From: an uncultured Candidatus Poseidoniales archaeon
Lineage (GTDB): Archaea > Thermoplasmatota > Poseidoniia > Poseidoniales > Poseidoniaceae
DNA length: 32,910 nucleotides
Direction of reading: 5' to 3'
NCBI GenBank assembly: GCA_964014905.1
Contig: CAXHCG010000002.1
Span: forward strand, 1-32,910
This document shows, one piece after another, positions 7,457 through 16,235 of the stretch (its first letter is position 1; the number at the start of each line of letters is the position of its first letter). The notes below the pieces were generated by a model that did not search any database, had not been told where the DNA came from, and worked only from the letters and a program-made list of their open reading frames with translations. A program made the position numbers and the translations under genes.

Positions 7457-8863
7457 ATGACCACATGGGTTCCAACCGCCTTCCGAACGCACACCCTCGG
7501 TGAATTGCAAGCCAACGGAGCCGACCTGATCGGCCAGGAAGTCACCGTGATTGGTTTCATGGAAGCCAACCGCGGCAAAGGAGCCATTTGTTTCGTTGAC
7601 CTTCGAGACGGAACGGGCAGGACACAGGTCTTTCTCAAGGCCGACAACACCGGCGAAGAGGCACTTGACACCGTTCAACGCATGACGCGGGAATCAACGA
7701 TTCAGTTCACCGGCACCGTTGCCCTGAAGCGCCCACCAAAGGTCAAGGAAGGGGAACCAACACCTCCACCCGCGTACGAAGTTTTGGCCACCTCAGTCAA
7801 CGTCATCGCACGGGCTGAAGCGCCGTTGCCAATGGGCGTCACGGACAGCGTCAACGTTGAGCTGAGCACGCGTCTTGACAACCGGTTCATGGACCTCCGA
7901 CGAGCCCACGTAAACGCCATGTTTCGCCTTCGTGGCAAGGTCCTCCAGTTCGGCCGGGAGCATCTGATTTCAGAAGGGTTCTTTGAAACCCACACTCCGA
8001 AAATAGTCGCGACCGCTACCGAAGGAGGCGCTGACCTTTTCCCCATGCAATTCTACGACAGGCCTGCCTTCCTCAACCAGTCACCTCAGTTATTCAAGCA
8101 ACTCTGCATGAGCGGTGGGTTGGAGCGCGTGTTTGAGATTGGCCCTGCTTTCCGTGCCGAACAAAGCGACACCTATCGGCACCTTGCCGAATTCATCTCG
8201 TTCGACATCGAATGCTCGTGGGCCAACGACGACGACGTGATGGGTGTGCTCGAACGCATGATTCACCACATTTGGAAGTCCGTGGCCGAGGAAGAGGAGG
8301 CGCAAACCCTGATTGCGACCATCAACACCTTCAGGACAGAACAAGGTGAAAGCCCGATTGAAGTGATCGTTCCTGAATTGCCCTTCCCGAGGGTCGAATA
8401 CGACGACGCCATTCGAATCATCAAAGAAAAGGGCGGCACCATCGAGTGGGGCGACGACATTGACGCTGAGAACTCGGACCTGTTGGCGCAAGACCTCCCT
8501 CAATTCTATTTCCTTCCTCGCTGGCCAATGTCCCTCAAACCGTTTTACATTCATCAAATCGAAGGAGAAATTGGAAGCACTGGCCAACAACTCTCCCGAG
8601 GCTTTGATCTCAATTTCGGAAGGGATGAAATGACTTCAGGCGGACAACGTGAACACCGCATTGACGTCCTTGTTGACAACCTCAAATCCATGGATTTGGA
8701 CCCCGAAGAGTTTGAATTCTACGTCGCTGGATTCCGACATGGCGTCCCCCCACACGCTGGATGGGGGCTTGGTGTTGAGCGCATCCTCATGGTCTTGACC
8801 GGGGCCAACAACGTTCGTGAAACGGTGCTGTTCCCGCGCGACCTCAACCGCTACTGCCCCTGA
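7457..8863 (+). CDS. aspS: Aspartate--tRNA ligase, archaeal/eukaryotic type (class IIb); possibly non-discriminating
   Basis: 468 aa. It has an OB-fold N-terminus (VTVIGFMEANRGKGAICFVDLRDGTGRTQVFL), motif 2 FRAEQSDTYRHLAEFISFDIE, SGGQREHR, and motif 3 GVPPHAGWGLGVERILMVLTGANNVRETVLFPRD. Confidence 0.93.
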   Translation: MTTWVPTAFRTHTLGELQANGADLIGQEVTVIGFMEANRGKGAICFVDLRDGTGRTQVFLKADNTGEEALDTVQRMTRESTIQFTGTVALKRPPKVKEGEPTPPPAYEVLATSVNVIARAEAPLPMGVTDSVNVELSTRLDNRFMDLRRAHVNAMFRLRGKVLQFGREHLISEGFFETHTPKIVATATEGGADLFPMQFYDRPAFLNQSPQLFKQLCMSGGLERVFEIGPAFRAEQSDTYRHLAEFISFDIECSWANDDDVMGVLERMIHHIWKSVAEEEEAQTLIATINTFRTEQGESPIEVIVPELPFPRVEYDDAIRIIKEKGGTIEWGDDIDAENSDLLAQDLPQFYFLPRWPMSLKPFYIHQIEGEIGSTGQQLSRGFDLNFGRDEMTSGGQREHRIDVLVDNLKSMDLDPEEFEFYVAGFRHGVPPHAGWGLGVERILMVLTGANNVRETVLFPRDLNRYCP

Positions 8864-8875
8864 TGGCGATGCGGC

Positions 8876-9562
8876 TCAGAGGAACAAAAGGACGTAGCCG
8901 ATACCGAACACGACCACGTCGCACATGGCGTGGGTGATGTAGGGAATCCAAATGCTGCGGTACTTGACATAGAGCCAACTGAACGCTGCTCCACCGATGA
9001 ACAATCCAAAGGACGCCAAGAGGTTGGCGGAGAGCGAAAACCCAAGAAACCAAAGCGCAAAGAAATGGTGCGACACAAAGATTCCGGCCGAAACAAGAAT
9101 GGTCGGCCAACCTGGCCCAAACACCGCTTCTCCCTTTTCCACCAAGAACCAACGAAACACGTATTCCTCAAGAACAGAATTTCCAACGGTCCAAAAAACA
9201 GCGGCGGCGATGTAGGTGTTGGCGTTGGTCAACCCGAACGGCTCAAGGCTGGCCCGAAACATTTCGCGGTCAACGCGTGATTCCCCCACGAAAACCCAAG
9301 CGAGCACCATGACGGCCGAGAACACTCCGCCGACAAGGAACCCCATGCCAAGGCCACCTTGTTGAACCGGTGACCACGAGAAGGTCTGGCGGTCAACGCG
9401 AAGGTGCCACCACAAAGGCAGTCCGAGCATCCAAGCCTTCGATGCTAACCAAACGGCTTGCCCAAGCAAGCCTTCGCCCGTGCCAAAAGAAGCAAAAATC
9501 GAGGCCGTGGGGGCAAGACCAACGAGCAAGAGCGCAAGCAAGGCGAGCCGACGATCCGACAT
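8876..9562 (-). CDS. CPBP family intramembrane glutamic endopeptidase (CAAX protease/Abi family)
   Basis: Multi-TM protein carrying EEYVFRWFL (EExxxR), FVSHHFF (FxxxH) and ITHAMCDVVVF (the conserved His). I prefer the ATG at 9562, 2 nt after the upstream ORF's stop. The track's start at 9598 is a TTG. Confidence 0.8.
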   Translation of the reverse strand: MSDRRLALLALLLVGLAPTASIFASFGTGEGLLGQAVWLASKAWMLGLPLWWHLRVDRQTFSWSPVQQGGLGMGFLVGGVFSAVMVLAWVFVGESRVDREMFRASLEPFGLTNANTYIAAAVFWTVGNSVLEEYVFRWFLVEKGEAVFGPGWPTILVSAGIFVSHHFFALWFLGFSLSANLLASFGLFIGGAAFSWLYVKYRSIWIPYITHAMCDVVVFGIGYVLLFL

Positions 9563-9564
9563 GC

Positions 9565-9768
9565 TCAGGCTCCCCAATCCGAGCCAAGACCGTCCCAATC
9601 ATCGGCTGGAAGTGGCGGATTGTCCTCCATGACTGCCGGTGATTCTGGCACCGAGTCAACCGTCTCTGGATCGGTGTGCACAGGAGAAACGAGTTCTTCT
9701 GCGGCCTCCACCATCGGGGTTGTCTGCCCGAGCAGAAGCAACGAAAGCACCAACAACCAATGCTTCAC
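9565..9768 (-). CDS. Small secreted acidic Pro/Asp/Glu-rich protein (67 aa), hypothetical
   Basis: GTG start. The signal peptide is MKHWLLVLSLLLLGQTTPMVEA followed by AEE. The mature part is strongly acidic and ends in DDWDGLGSDWGA. Its stop lies 2 nt before the CPBP ATG. No homology is recognisable by eye. Confidence 0.45.
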   Translation of the reverse strand: MKHWLLVLSLLLLGQTTPMVEAAEELVSPVHTDPETVDSVPESPAVMEDNPPLPADDWDGLGSDWGA

Positions 9769-9853
9769 GCTTGCCCTAGGGTTTGGGGATTGAAAGCACT
9801 TCCCCCTTTTACGAAATCACAAGCATCATAGCCCACGCACCCGAGAAACAACC

Positions 9854-10600
9854 ATGGCCGTTGACCGCATGCAGTGGGGTGCAGAAGCGTGGCAGCACGC
9901 AGACCTCTACATGCCCGATGACCCGTCACCCTTCCAAAAGGACGAGGGAATTCCTTGCATCATGCTCATCCACGGTGGTTTTTGGAAGGAAGAATACAGT
10001 TTGGACCTCATGCAACCCATTGCTGAAGACCTCGCAGAGGCCGGTGTTGCTGCGTGGAACATCGAGTTCAAACGCTGGTCTCCAGGAGACGAGGGCGTGT
10101 GGATGGACACCCTCTCTGATGTGCTTCGTGCTTGGGGCCAACTCGCCCTCCTGCCGGGAATTGATATCGCTCGTTCGATGGTGATGGGGCATTCGGCAGG
10201 AGGACACTTGGCCCTGCTGATGAGTGCAAAAGCCGAACGAAAACCTTGGCTGGCCATTGCCCAAGCCCCCATCACTGACCTCATCGGGGCCGACCATGCA
10301 GGACTCTCCGACGAAGGCGACGCTGTTCGACGTTGGATTGGATGCGCTCCAGAGTCCAACGAACAACTTTGGGGGCAACTCAATCCGGTTGACCATCCAC
10401 CCCGAACCAGCGTCTTGTTGTTCCACGGTGAACATGACACAGACGTCCCGTTGGAACAATCGGAGACCTATGCACGCGTGATGAAGGCCAAAGAGGCCGA
10501 TGTCCAGAAAGTGTGGCTTCCTGGCGACCATTACGACATCATCGATGTTGCCTCTGACGACTGGTTGGTGCAGCTCAACGCCATTCTTGACTGGCTGTGA
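9854..10600 (+). CDS. Alpha/beta hydrolase (esterase/arylformamidase-like)
   Basis: 248 aa. It has the oxyanion motif LIHGGFW, the nucleophile elbow GHSAGGHL, an acid residue in HGEHDTDVP, and His in PGDHYD. The HGG[FY]W + GHSAG pattern resembles Bna7/AFMID-type kynurenine formamidases and BD-FAE esterases. Confidence 0.8.
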   Translation: MAVDRMQWGAEAWQHADLYMPDDPSPFQKDEGIPCIMLIHGGFWKEEYSLDLMQPIAEDLAEAGVAAWNIEFKRWSPGDEGVWMDTLSDVLRAWGQLALLPGIDIARSMVMGHSAGGHLALLMSAKAERKPWLAIAQAPITDLIGADHAGLSDEGDAVRRWIGCAPESNEQLWGQLNPVDHPPRTSVLLFHGEHDTDVPLEQSETYARVMKAKEADVQKVWLPGDHYDIIDVASDDWLVQLNAILDWL

Positions 10601-10651
10601 TACCGATGGCGGAAACCCAAGGGCTATGACCTAGGGCGATTCCGGGGGAAC

Positions 10652-11467
10652 ATGGACCTGCTTGGAACCGACTATCCATTCGTTTCAACGGCGTTGAGCG
10701 GAAAGCACGCATTTGTGTGCGGGGCAAGCAAAGGCATCGGTGAAGCCACAGCAAAAATGCTGGCCAAGGCGGGAGCTGATGTCACGGTCTGTGCTCGAAA
10801 CGCCGCCGCACTGGCCGATTTATGCTCAACGTTGGCCACGCTTGGAGGCGGACGCTTCCAATCCCTGGTGTTGGACCTTGAACAAACCGAGGGCATCGCA
10901 TCAGCCTTCGCCTCTGCCGTGGAGACGTTCGGCCCGGTCCACATCCTCATCAACAACGCAGGCGGGCCACCGGGTGGGCCTCTGTTGAACAACGAAGTCG
11001 AGGATTTTCATGCGCCCTTCAAACGCCATCTCCACGCCGCCCACACCCTCGTCAAAGCCGCCGTGCCCGCCATGGAAGCCGAGGGTTATGGCCGAATCAT
11101 TCAGATCATCTCCACTTCGGTAAAAGAGCCAATACCGAACATCGGCCTCTCCAACACACTGCGGGGAGCGATGGCCTCGTGGGCCAAGTCACTCTCAAAC
11201 GAACTCGCCCCGTGCATCACCATCAACAACGTCTTGCCCGGGTTCACAGACACTGAACGCCTCGGCAACCTTTCTACTTCAATTCAGGAACGAACCGGGA
11301 AATCGGCTGAATCGGTTCGCGAGGGATGGCTGAATCAGGTGCCCATCGGGCGCCTGATCGACCCGTTGGAAACCGCTAGCGCCATCACCTATCTTTGTCT
11401 ACCAGCCTCGAGTGGAATTCGAGGTGTCAGTTTGGCGGTTGATGGTGGCCGGCTGCGTTCAATTTGA
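10652..11467 (+). CDS. SDR family NAD(P)-dependent oxidoreductase
   Basis: 271 aa. It has VCGASKGIGEATA (TGxxxGIG-type cofactor motif), LINNAGG, and INNVLPGFTDTER. The usual YxxxK position reads LSNTLRGAMASWAKSL, which is atypical. Confidence 0.85.
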   Translation: MDLLGTDYPFVSTALSGKHAFVCGASKGIGEATAKMLAKAGADVTVCARNAAALADLCSTLATLGGGRFQSLVLDLEQTEGIASAFASAVETFGPVHILINNAGGPPGGPLLNNEVEDFHAPFKRHLHAAHTLVKAAVPAMEAEGYGRIIQIISTSVKEPIPNIGLSNTLRGAMASWAKSLSNELAPCITINNVLPGFTDTERLGNLSTSIQERTGKSAESVREGWLNQVPIGRLIDPLETASAITYLCLPASSGIRGVSLAVDGGRLRSI

Positions 11468-11476
11468 GGCGATGGC

Positions 11477-12325
11477 ATGGACACCGAGTTGTCTCCCGAA
11501 ATGGCTTCGCAAGTGCTCCGGATGCTCACCGGTGGTGGTTCACTTGACAGCATCAACACGCCGTTGGCGCTGCGTCTTATCCCCCTCGCTCAAGAACTGG
11601 AGGACAATGATTTGGTGGAACAATTGCTTGACCATGCCAGCAAAGTTGCCTCAAACGATGAGGAGCGCGGGTGGGCGAGGTTTGAAGCCCTCAAGGTGGT
11701 TGACGCAAGCCTCGAAAGCTACACACGGCTTGCTGAGGAGGCCGAAGCCATCGAAGGCGGGCAATCCCTCACCGCCGCCGTCCACCACTACGTGGCCCTG
11801 ATCTACCTCGCTGATGGCCGGTTGGATGAAGCAAGAGCGACGGCACAGCGCGCCCTGCAGTTGCGCCAAATGACCGAGGACAAGGAAGGAATGTCCTACG
11901 GCATGGCGCTTCTGATGAACATCGCAAAGCGTCAACACGACGAAGACACGGCCATCAGCGTGGGGACGGAACGATTGGAATTGCTCATCGCCTTGAAGGA
12001 CGAAGCGGGCCAAATGAAAGCGCTGGCCGACCTCGCTCACTGCCAAGCGACGATTGGCGAATTCGGGGCGGCCAGGGACCTGTTCAACCGGTCTCTTGAC
12101 CATGCAAAAGGCTTGGAAAGCCTCTCCGGGCAATTGGTGGCCAGATGGGGGTTGGCCGACCTGGCGGAGATTGAACAGGACTACGAAAGTGCGATGCTCG
12201 TGTTGTCCGACAGTCTTCATGAGTTCATTGCCCACAACGCCACGGCACCCGCGCCACTCCGTCAACGGCTCAAGGATTTAACCGACTTGCGAAATCAACC
12301 GACGGGCGAAGAAGCCAAAGAGTAG
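11477..12325 (+). CDS. TPR-like helical repeat protein, hypothetical
   Basis: 282 aa, apparently all-helical, with repeated A/L-rich 34-residue-like units (for example AVHHYVALIYLADGRLDEARATAQRALQL). GAGGCGA lies 7 nt upstream, overlapping the SDR stop. Confidence 0.55.
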   Translation: MDTELSPEMASQVLRMLTGGGSLDSINTPLALRLIPLAQELEDNDLVEQLLDHASKVASNDEERGWARFEALKVVDASLESYTRLAEEAEAIEGGQSLTAAVHHYVALIYLADGRLDEARATAQRALQLRQMTEDKEGMSYGMALLMNIAKRQHDEDTAISVGTERLELLIALKDEAGQMKALADLAHCQATIGEFGAARDLFNRSLDHAKGLESLSGQLVARWGLADLAEIEQDYESAMLVLSDSLHEFIAHNATAPAPLRQRLKDLTDLRNQPTGEEAKE

Positions 12326-12378
12326 GCCGCCACACCCATTATGAGCCATGGCTCAGTGGATTGAAACGGTGCGTGGGC

Positions 12379-13629
12379 ATGGAGCATGACATCTTCTTCT
12401 CCATCTCGCAAACGCCTAACGCTGACGGGCACCTTCCCGACGAAGCGACCATGCTCCGAAATTACTTCCAGCAACTGACCTGTGCTGACGCCCTCGGTTT
12501 CGGCATCGGCTGGATTGCTCAGGCTCACCTCTCAACGGAGACACAGAAATCAAACGACAAGCCTGTCGTCCCCCACTGGAAGGGCGAAGTGGGCCTCTGC
12601 ACCGATTTTCCCCAGTTGGCGCTTGAATCGTTTCGCCGGACGAACCGCATCGAAATCGGGAGCGCAGTGGTCTCCATTCTCGCGTCTGGAGGACCCATCG
12701 CCCAAGCGGAACGCATGGCCAATCTTCTCAGTCTTCATGGCCTTGATGAAGATGAGCAACGTTGCCTCCACATTGGATTTTCTGCAGGACGGTTCGAGTT
12801 CATGGCCAGACCTTACGGCGTCATCCCTCGCAATTCCATCGAAGAAGCGGCATGGCCTTCCCTTCGGGGACAAATTTTCATGGAAGCCGCCGAAATTTTT
12901 CTCAGGCTCTTGCGAGGCGACGTCATCAATTCAACCATGATTCGCCAAACGGTGTTGACTCGATCCAGCTTCAGAAGCGACGAAGACTGGCAACGGGTGC
13001 AAGACGCAGCCGTGGAGTTTGAGGCCCTCGATGCACGACCAGAATCCATCCACATTCCTTCGCGGTACGTCTTTGAAGATTTGAAAATCGTCCCCACCGA
13101 ATTTCGCAGAGAATTGCTGAAATTGGTCGCAGGCACCCACGACCCACGAGCACAAACCTTTGTCAACACCATCCTTCCTGTGAAGGTCTTCAACCTGTCA
13201 ATCACCTCTCCGAAGGTCATTGACGAAACCCATCAACGCATGAGCGACGTTTACCATCAAGACGGAGGTGCTTGGCAGCGAAGGGACATGGCACGAACCA
13301 GTTTTGTGTTCCTCAACGCTGAGAAAGACCTGACACCTCAGCAACAATCAGCGGCCGCACAAAACGAAGCGGACCGGGCGCTCGGAGCCTATTGGAGCGC
13401 ATTGGAGGGAACCATAGACCCGGAAAAGGTGTCCCGTGCCGCCGACAACGCCCTCATCGGGAACGTTGAGGAAGTGGCGAAACAAATGGTCGAGCGTTTC
13501 CATCCAGACGACCGCATCATGGCTTGGTTTGATTTCTTCAACCACGACTCAGACCGAGTCTGTAGAAACATGACGGCCTACATGGAAGAGGTTGTCCCAC
13601 GGGTAGAAGCCATGCTGGAGGGGGCGTGA
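12379..13629 (+). CDS. Luciferase-like (LLM class) flavin-dependent oxidoreductase, divergent
   Basis: It has ADALGFGIGWIAQAHL near the N-terminus, IGSAVVSILASGGPIAQAE, IGFSAGRFEF, and C-terminal IGNVEEVAKQMVERF..DDRIMAWFDF, which together form an LLM TIM-barrel pattern. The ATG at 12379 is preferred over the TTG at 12361. Confidence 0.6.
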   Translation: MEHDIFFSISQTPNADGHLPDEATMLRNYFQQLTCADALGFGIGWIAQAHLSTETQKSNDKPVVPHWKGEVGLCTDFPQLALESFRRTNRIEIGSAVVSILASGGPIAQAERMANLLSLHGLDEDEQRCLHIGFSAGRFEFMARPYGVIPRNSIEEAAWPSLRGQIFMEAAEIFLRLLRGDVINSTMIRQTVLTRSSFRSDEDWQRVQDAAVEFEALDARPESIHIPSRYVFEDLKIVPTEFRRELLKLVAGTHDPRAQTFVNTILPVKVFNLSITSPKVIDETHQRMSDVYHQDGGAWQRRDMARTSFVFLNAEKDLTPQQQSAAAQNEADRALGAYWSALEGTIDPEKVSRAADNALIGNVEEVAKQMVERFHPDDRIMAWFDFFNHDSDRVCRNMTAYMEEVVPRVEAMLEGA

Positions 13630-13630
13630 A

Positions 13631-14749
13631 ATGGGCATCAAGCACAACACATTCTCTGCGGTTCAGCCCGGCATGCCCGGCTCAGGGATGTATCCGGAAT
13701 CGCCCCTTGGCGAGAAGGTCGAGGGCATACCCACCGGACGGGACGTTGATTGGGAGCCTCTTGTTGACTACCGTCGAAACGGGGTATCAGAGACCACCAT
13801 CCACGGCGCAGTTGCGTGGGCTCATGGCGACGAAGTTATCCACTCGTTTGGTGGCAACGTTCTTTGTTATGGCCGTTCAATGATGAAACCCTTCATGCTG
13901 AAGGCCTTCACCGAAGAATTGGATGACTGCTCATGGGAACAGAAAGCCATTTCTGTCGCCTCCCACAACGGGGACACCGAACACGTGGCGGCCGCACAAT
14001 CTTTGCTCACACAACCCGAGTGGCCGCTGATGCTTACGCCTCTTGATGTGCCACTGATCCAATTCGGACGACAAGTCCGACGGCCTCGTCGCTGGTTCCA
14101 CACCTGTTCAGGCGAGCACGCTGCTATTTTGCGAGGATGCCGGAAAAAGGGGTGGAACCGAGCGGGATACACCCTGCCCACGCACGAGGTCTTCCAAGCT
14201 TACCTCAACCAAATTCGCGTGTACCTCGGACCGGATTGGACCCCGCTTCGGATAGCGAAAGACGGGTGTGGCCTACCGACGGTGTCCAACACCGTTTCAG
14301 AACTTGCCCAGATTTATGCGGGACTGGTCCGAGACAAAGATGAGGACTGGATTTGGGAGGCCATGGTGCGCCATCCCGACCTTGTAGGGGGGTTCAATCG
14401 ACTCGATTCAACCGTCCTCAAGGCAGGAGAAGGGCGCGTCATCGCCAAAGAGGGCGCTGACGGGTTGCTCGGCCTTGCGATTGAACACCCCGATTATCCC
14501 AAAGGCCTCGGAATCGTCGTAAAAATCGCTCACGGATGGAACTCGCAAGCGACATGGTACGTGGCTCGGGCCCTTTTGGGTGTTCTTGGGATCAACCTCC
14601 GCAATCCCTATCCGCTCCATCGGCAAAAAGCATTCATCGTCCCGGGCATCGTACCAGACCACTATGTGGATGTTCTCGAAACCGTGCCAACATGGGACGA
14701 ATGGGACCCAGACCAAGACCGATGGAACTACGAGAGCGAGGTGGTGTGA
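13631..14749 (+). CDS. Asparaginase II family (PF06089-like) protein
   Basis: 372 aa. Motifs resemble Rhizobium-type asparaginase II: HGAVAW, RSMMKPFM, ASHNGDTEHV, HTCSGEHAAIL, KDGCGLPT and AKEGADGL. GGAGG lies 9 nt upstream, and the start is 1 nt after the LLM stop. Confidence 0.7.
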   Translation: MGIKHNTFSAVQPGMPGSGMYPESPLGEKVEGIPTGRDVDWEPLVDYRRNGVSETTIHGAVAWAHGDEVIHSFGGNVLCYGRSMMKPFMLKAFTEELDDCSWEQKAISVASHNGDTEHVAAAQSLLTQPEWPLMLTPLDVPLIQFGRQVRRPRRWFHTCSGEHAAILRGCRKKGWNRAGYTLPTHEVFQAYLNQIRVYLGPDWTPLRIAKDGCGLPTVSNTVSELAQIYAGLVRDKDEDWIWEAMVRHPDLVGGFNRLDSTVLKAGEGRVIAKEGADGLLGLAIEHPDYPKGLGIVVKIAHGWNSQATWYVARALLGVLGINLRNPYPLHRQKAFIVPGIVPDHYVDVLETVPTWDEWDPDQDRWNYESEVV

Positions 14750-16197
14750 TGGACCCAGTCCTCAACTACATTGACGGTGCTTTTGTTGCCGCTCAATCCG
14801 GTGCGACCCTCAACACGGTCAATCCAGCGACAGGAGACGTCATCACCACGCTTCCTCGCTCCCGATTTGAAGATGTCGAAGAGGCGACATCCGCTGCACT
14901 GAGGGCTGCCTCCAAGTGGTCAGCGACGCCCATGAGCGAACGCATTCAATGGCTTCACCGGTTGGCCGATGCCCTCGAGGAAGAACATGAGACCATTGCT
15001 CACTTGGAGAGCATGGACACGGGAAAGCCCATCTCATTGGCTCGCCGAGTGGACGCTTCGCGCTCGGTTGCTAATTTCAGATTCTATGCGGAATTTGGTG
15101 AACAGCACACGGACCCTACCTTTCGCGACCACGGTGCGGTCAACCATGTTCACCGGTCACCCATTGGTTGCGTCGGCCTCATCACACCGTGGAACCTTCC
15201 GCTTTACCTCCTCACATGGAAGGTCGCTCCAGCCTTGCTGATGGGCAACACCATCGTGGCCAAACCTTCCGAACTCACTCCCCTCACTGCACACCATCTT
15301 GCCGGTGTTATGCAGCGCATCGGACTTCCAAAAGGCGTCTTCAACCTCGTTCACGGATTGGGTCCAGAAGTGGGTCAGGCGATTGTTGAGCACCCTCAGA
15401 TTCGGGGCATTTCCTTTACAGGAGGAACGGCGACGGGGAAAATTGTCGCAGCAACCGCTGCACCGATGTTCAAGAAAATCTCCTTGGAATTGGGTGGGAA
15501 AAATGCCACAGTGGTGCTCGATGATGCTCCACTGGAGAAGATCATGGACGAAGTGGTGCGTTCTTCCTTTACCAATTCAGGACAAGTGTGTTTGTGCGGT
15601 TCCAGGATTTTCGTCCACTCATCCATCTATGAATCCTTCAAGCAACGGTTCATTGAAGCCGTGGGAGAGATTGTCATCGGCGACCCCAGAAACGAGGTGA
15701 CCACCATGGGACCTGTCATCTCAAAAGACCACCAACAAAAGGTGGAATCCTACATCAGGTTGGGCCGTGAAGAGGGAGGCAAAATGCTGATTGGTGGAAC
15801 GGCCGGCGATTCACCCGTGGATGGCGTTCATCCCAACGGCGCCTTCCTGCGTCCAACCGTGTTTGAGGGACTAAGCCACACTTCACGCACCGCAACGGAA
15901 GAAATCTTTGGGCCCGTCGTGACCTTGCACCCCTTTGACGATGACGACGAGGCGGTCGCCATGGCCAACGCCACCGAGTACGGTCTGGCTGGCTCAATAT
16001 GGACCAGCGACCCGCAGCGCGGGCACGCTTTTGGGCAGCGACTTGACACCGGCATCGTTTGGGTAAATACGTGGTTGAACCGTGACCTGCGCACACCGTT
16101 TGGAGGTGTCAAACAGTCAGGAGTTGGCCGGGAAGGCGGGGACTGGTCGTTAAATTTCTTCTCAGAATTAACCAACATATGCGTACTCCAACCTTGA
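14749..16197 (+). CDS. NAD(P)+-dependent aldehyde dehydrogenase, 2-hydroxy/2-aminomuconic semialdehyde dehydrogenase-like
   Basis: It starts MDPVLNYIDGAFV at an ATG overlapping the upstream TGA (TGATG), with GAGGTG 5 nt upstream. It has ITPWNLPL, ELGGKNA (catalytic Glu), GQVCLCGSR (catalytic Cys) and EEIFGPV. The track's 14536 start is a spurious upstream extension. Confidence 0.9.
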   Translation: MDPVLNYIDGAFVAAQSGATLNTVNPATGDVITTLPRSRFEDVEEATSAALRAASKWSATPMSERIQWLHRLADALEEEHETIAHLESMDTGKPISLARRVDASRSVANFRFYAEFGEQHTDPTFRDHGAVNHVHRSPIGCVGLITPWNLPLYLLTWKVAPALLMGNTIVAKPSELTPLTAHHLAGVMQRIGLPKGVFNLVHGLGPEVGQAIVEHPQIRGISFTGGTATGKIVAATAAPMFKKISLELGGKNATVVLDDAPLEKIMDEVVRSSFTNSGQVCLCGSRIFVHSSIYESFKQRFIEAVGEIVIGDPRNEVTTMGPVISKDHQQKVESYIRLGREEGGKMLIGGTAGDSPVDGVHPNGAFLRPTVFEGLSHTSRTATEEIFGPVVTLHPFDDDDEAVAMANATEYGLAGSIWTSDPQRGHAFGQRLDTGIVWVNTWLNRDLRTPFGGVKQSGVGREGGDWSLNFFSELTNICVLQP

Positions 16198-16235
16198 GAA
16201 CACATGTTCAAAAGCCTCCTCTCCCTCAAGCCTTC

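Noticed and set aside
8090-8590. 166-aa minus-strand ORF inside aspS. Similar antisense ORFs lie at 9926..10531, 11651..12265, 12813..13220, 21251..21760 and 20353..20856.
   Set aside because: All are antisense to genes with clear family signatures and show no motifs of their own.
9563-9598. Longer CPBP start at 9598
   Set aside because: That codon is a TTG and would overlap the upstream small ORF by 34 nt. The ATG at 9562 sits 2 nt after the upstream stop.
14536-14748. Upstream extension of the ALDH ORF (the track's 553-aa version)
   Set aside because: The extension lies entirely within the asparaginase-II-family gene in another frame and is Arg/Pro/Gly-rich. The ALDH family N-terminus (MDPVLNYIDGAFV) begins at 14749 with a GAGGTG site in front.
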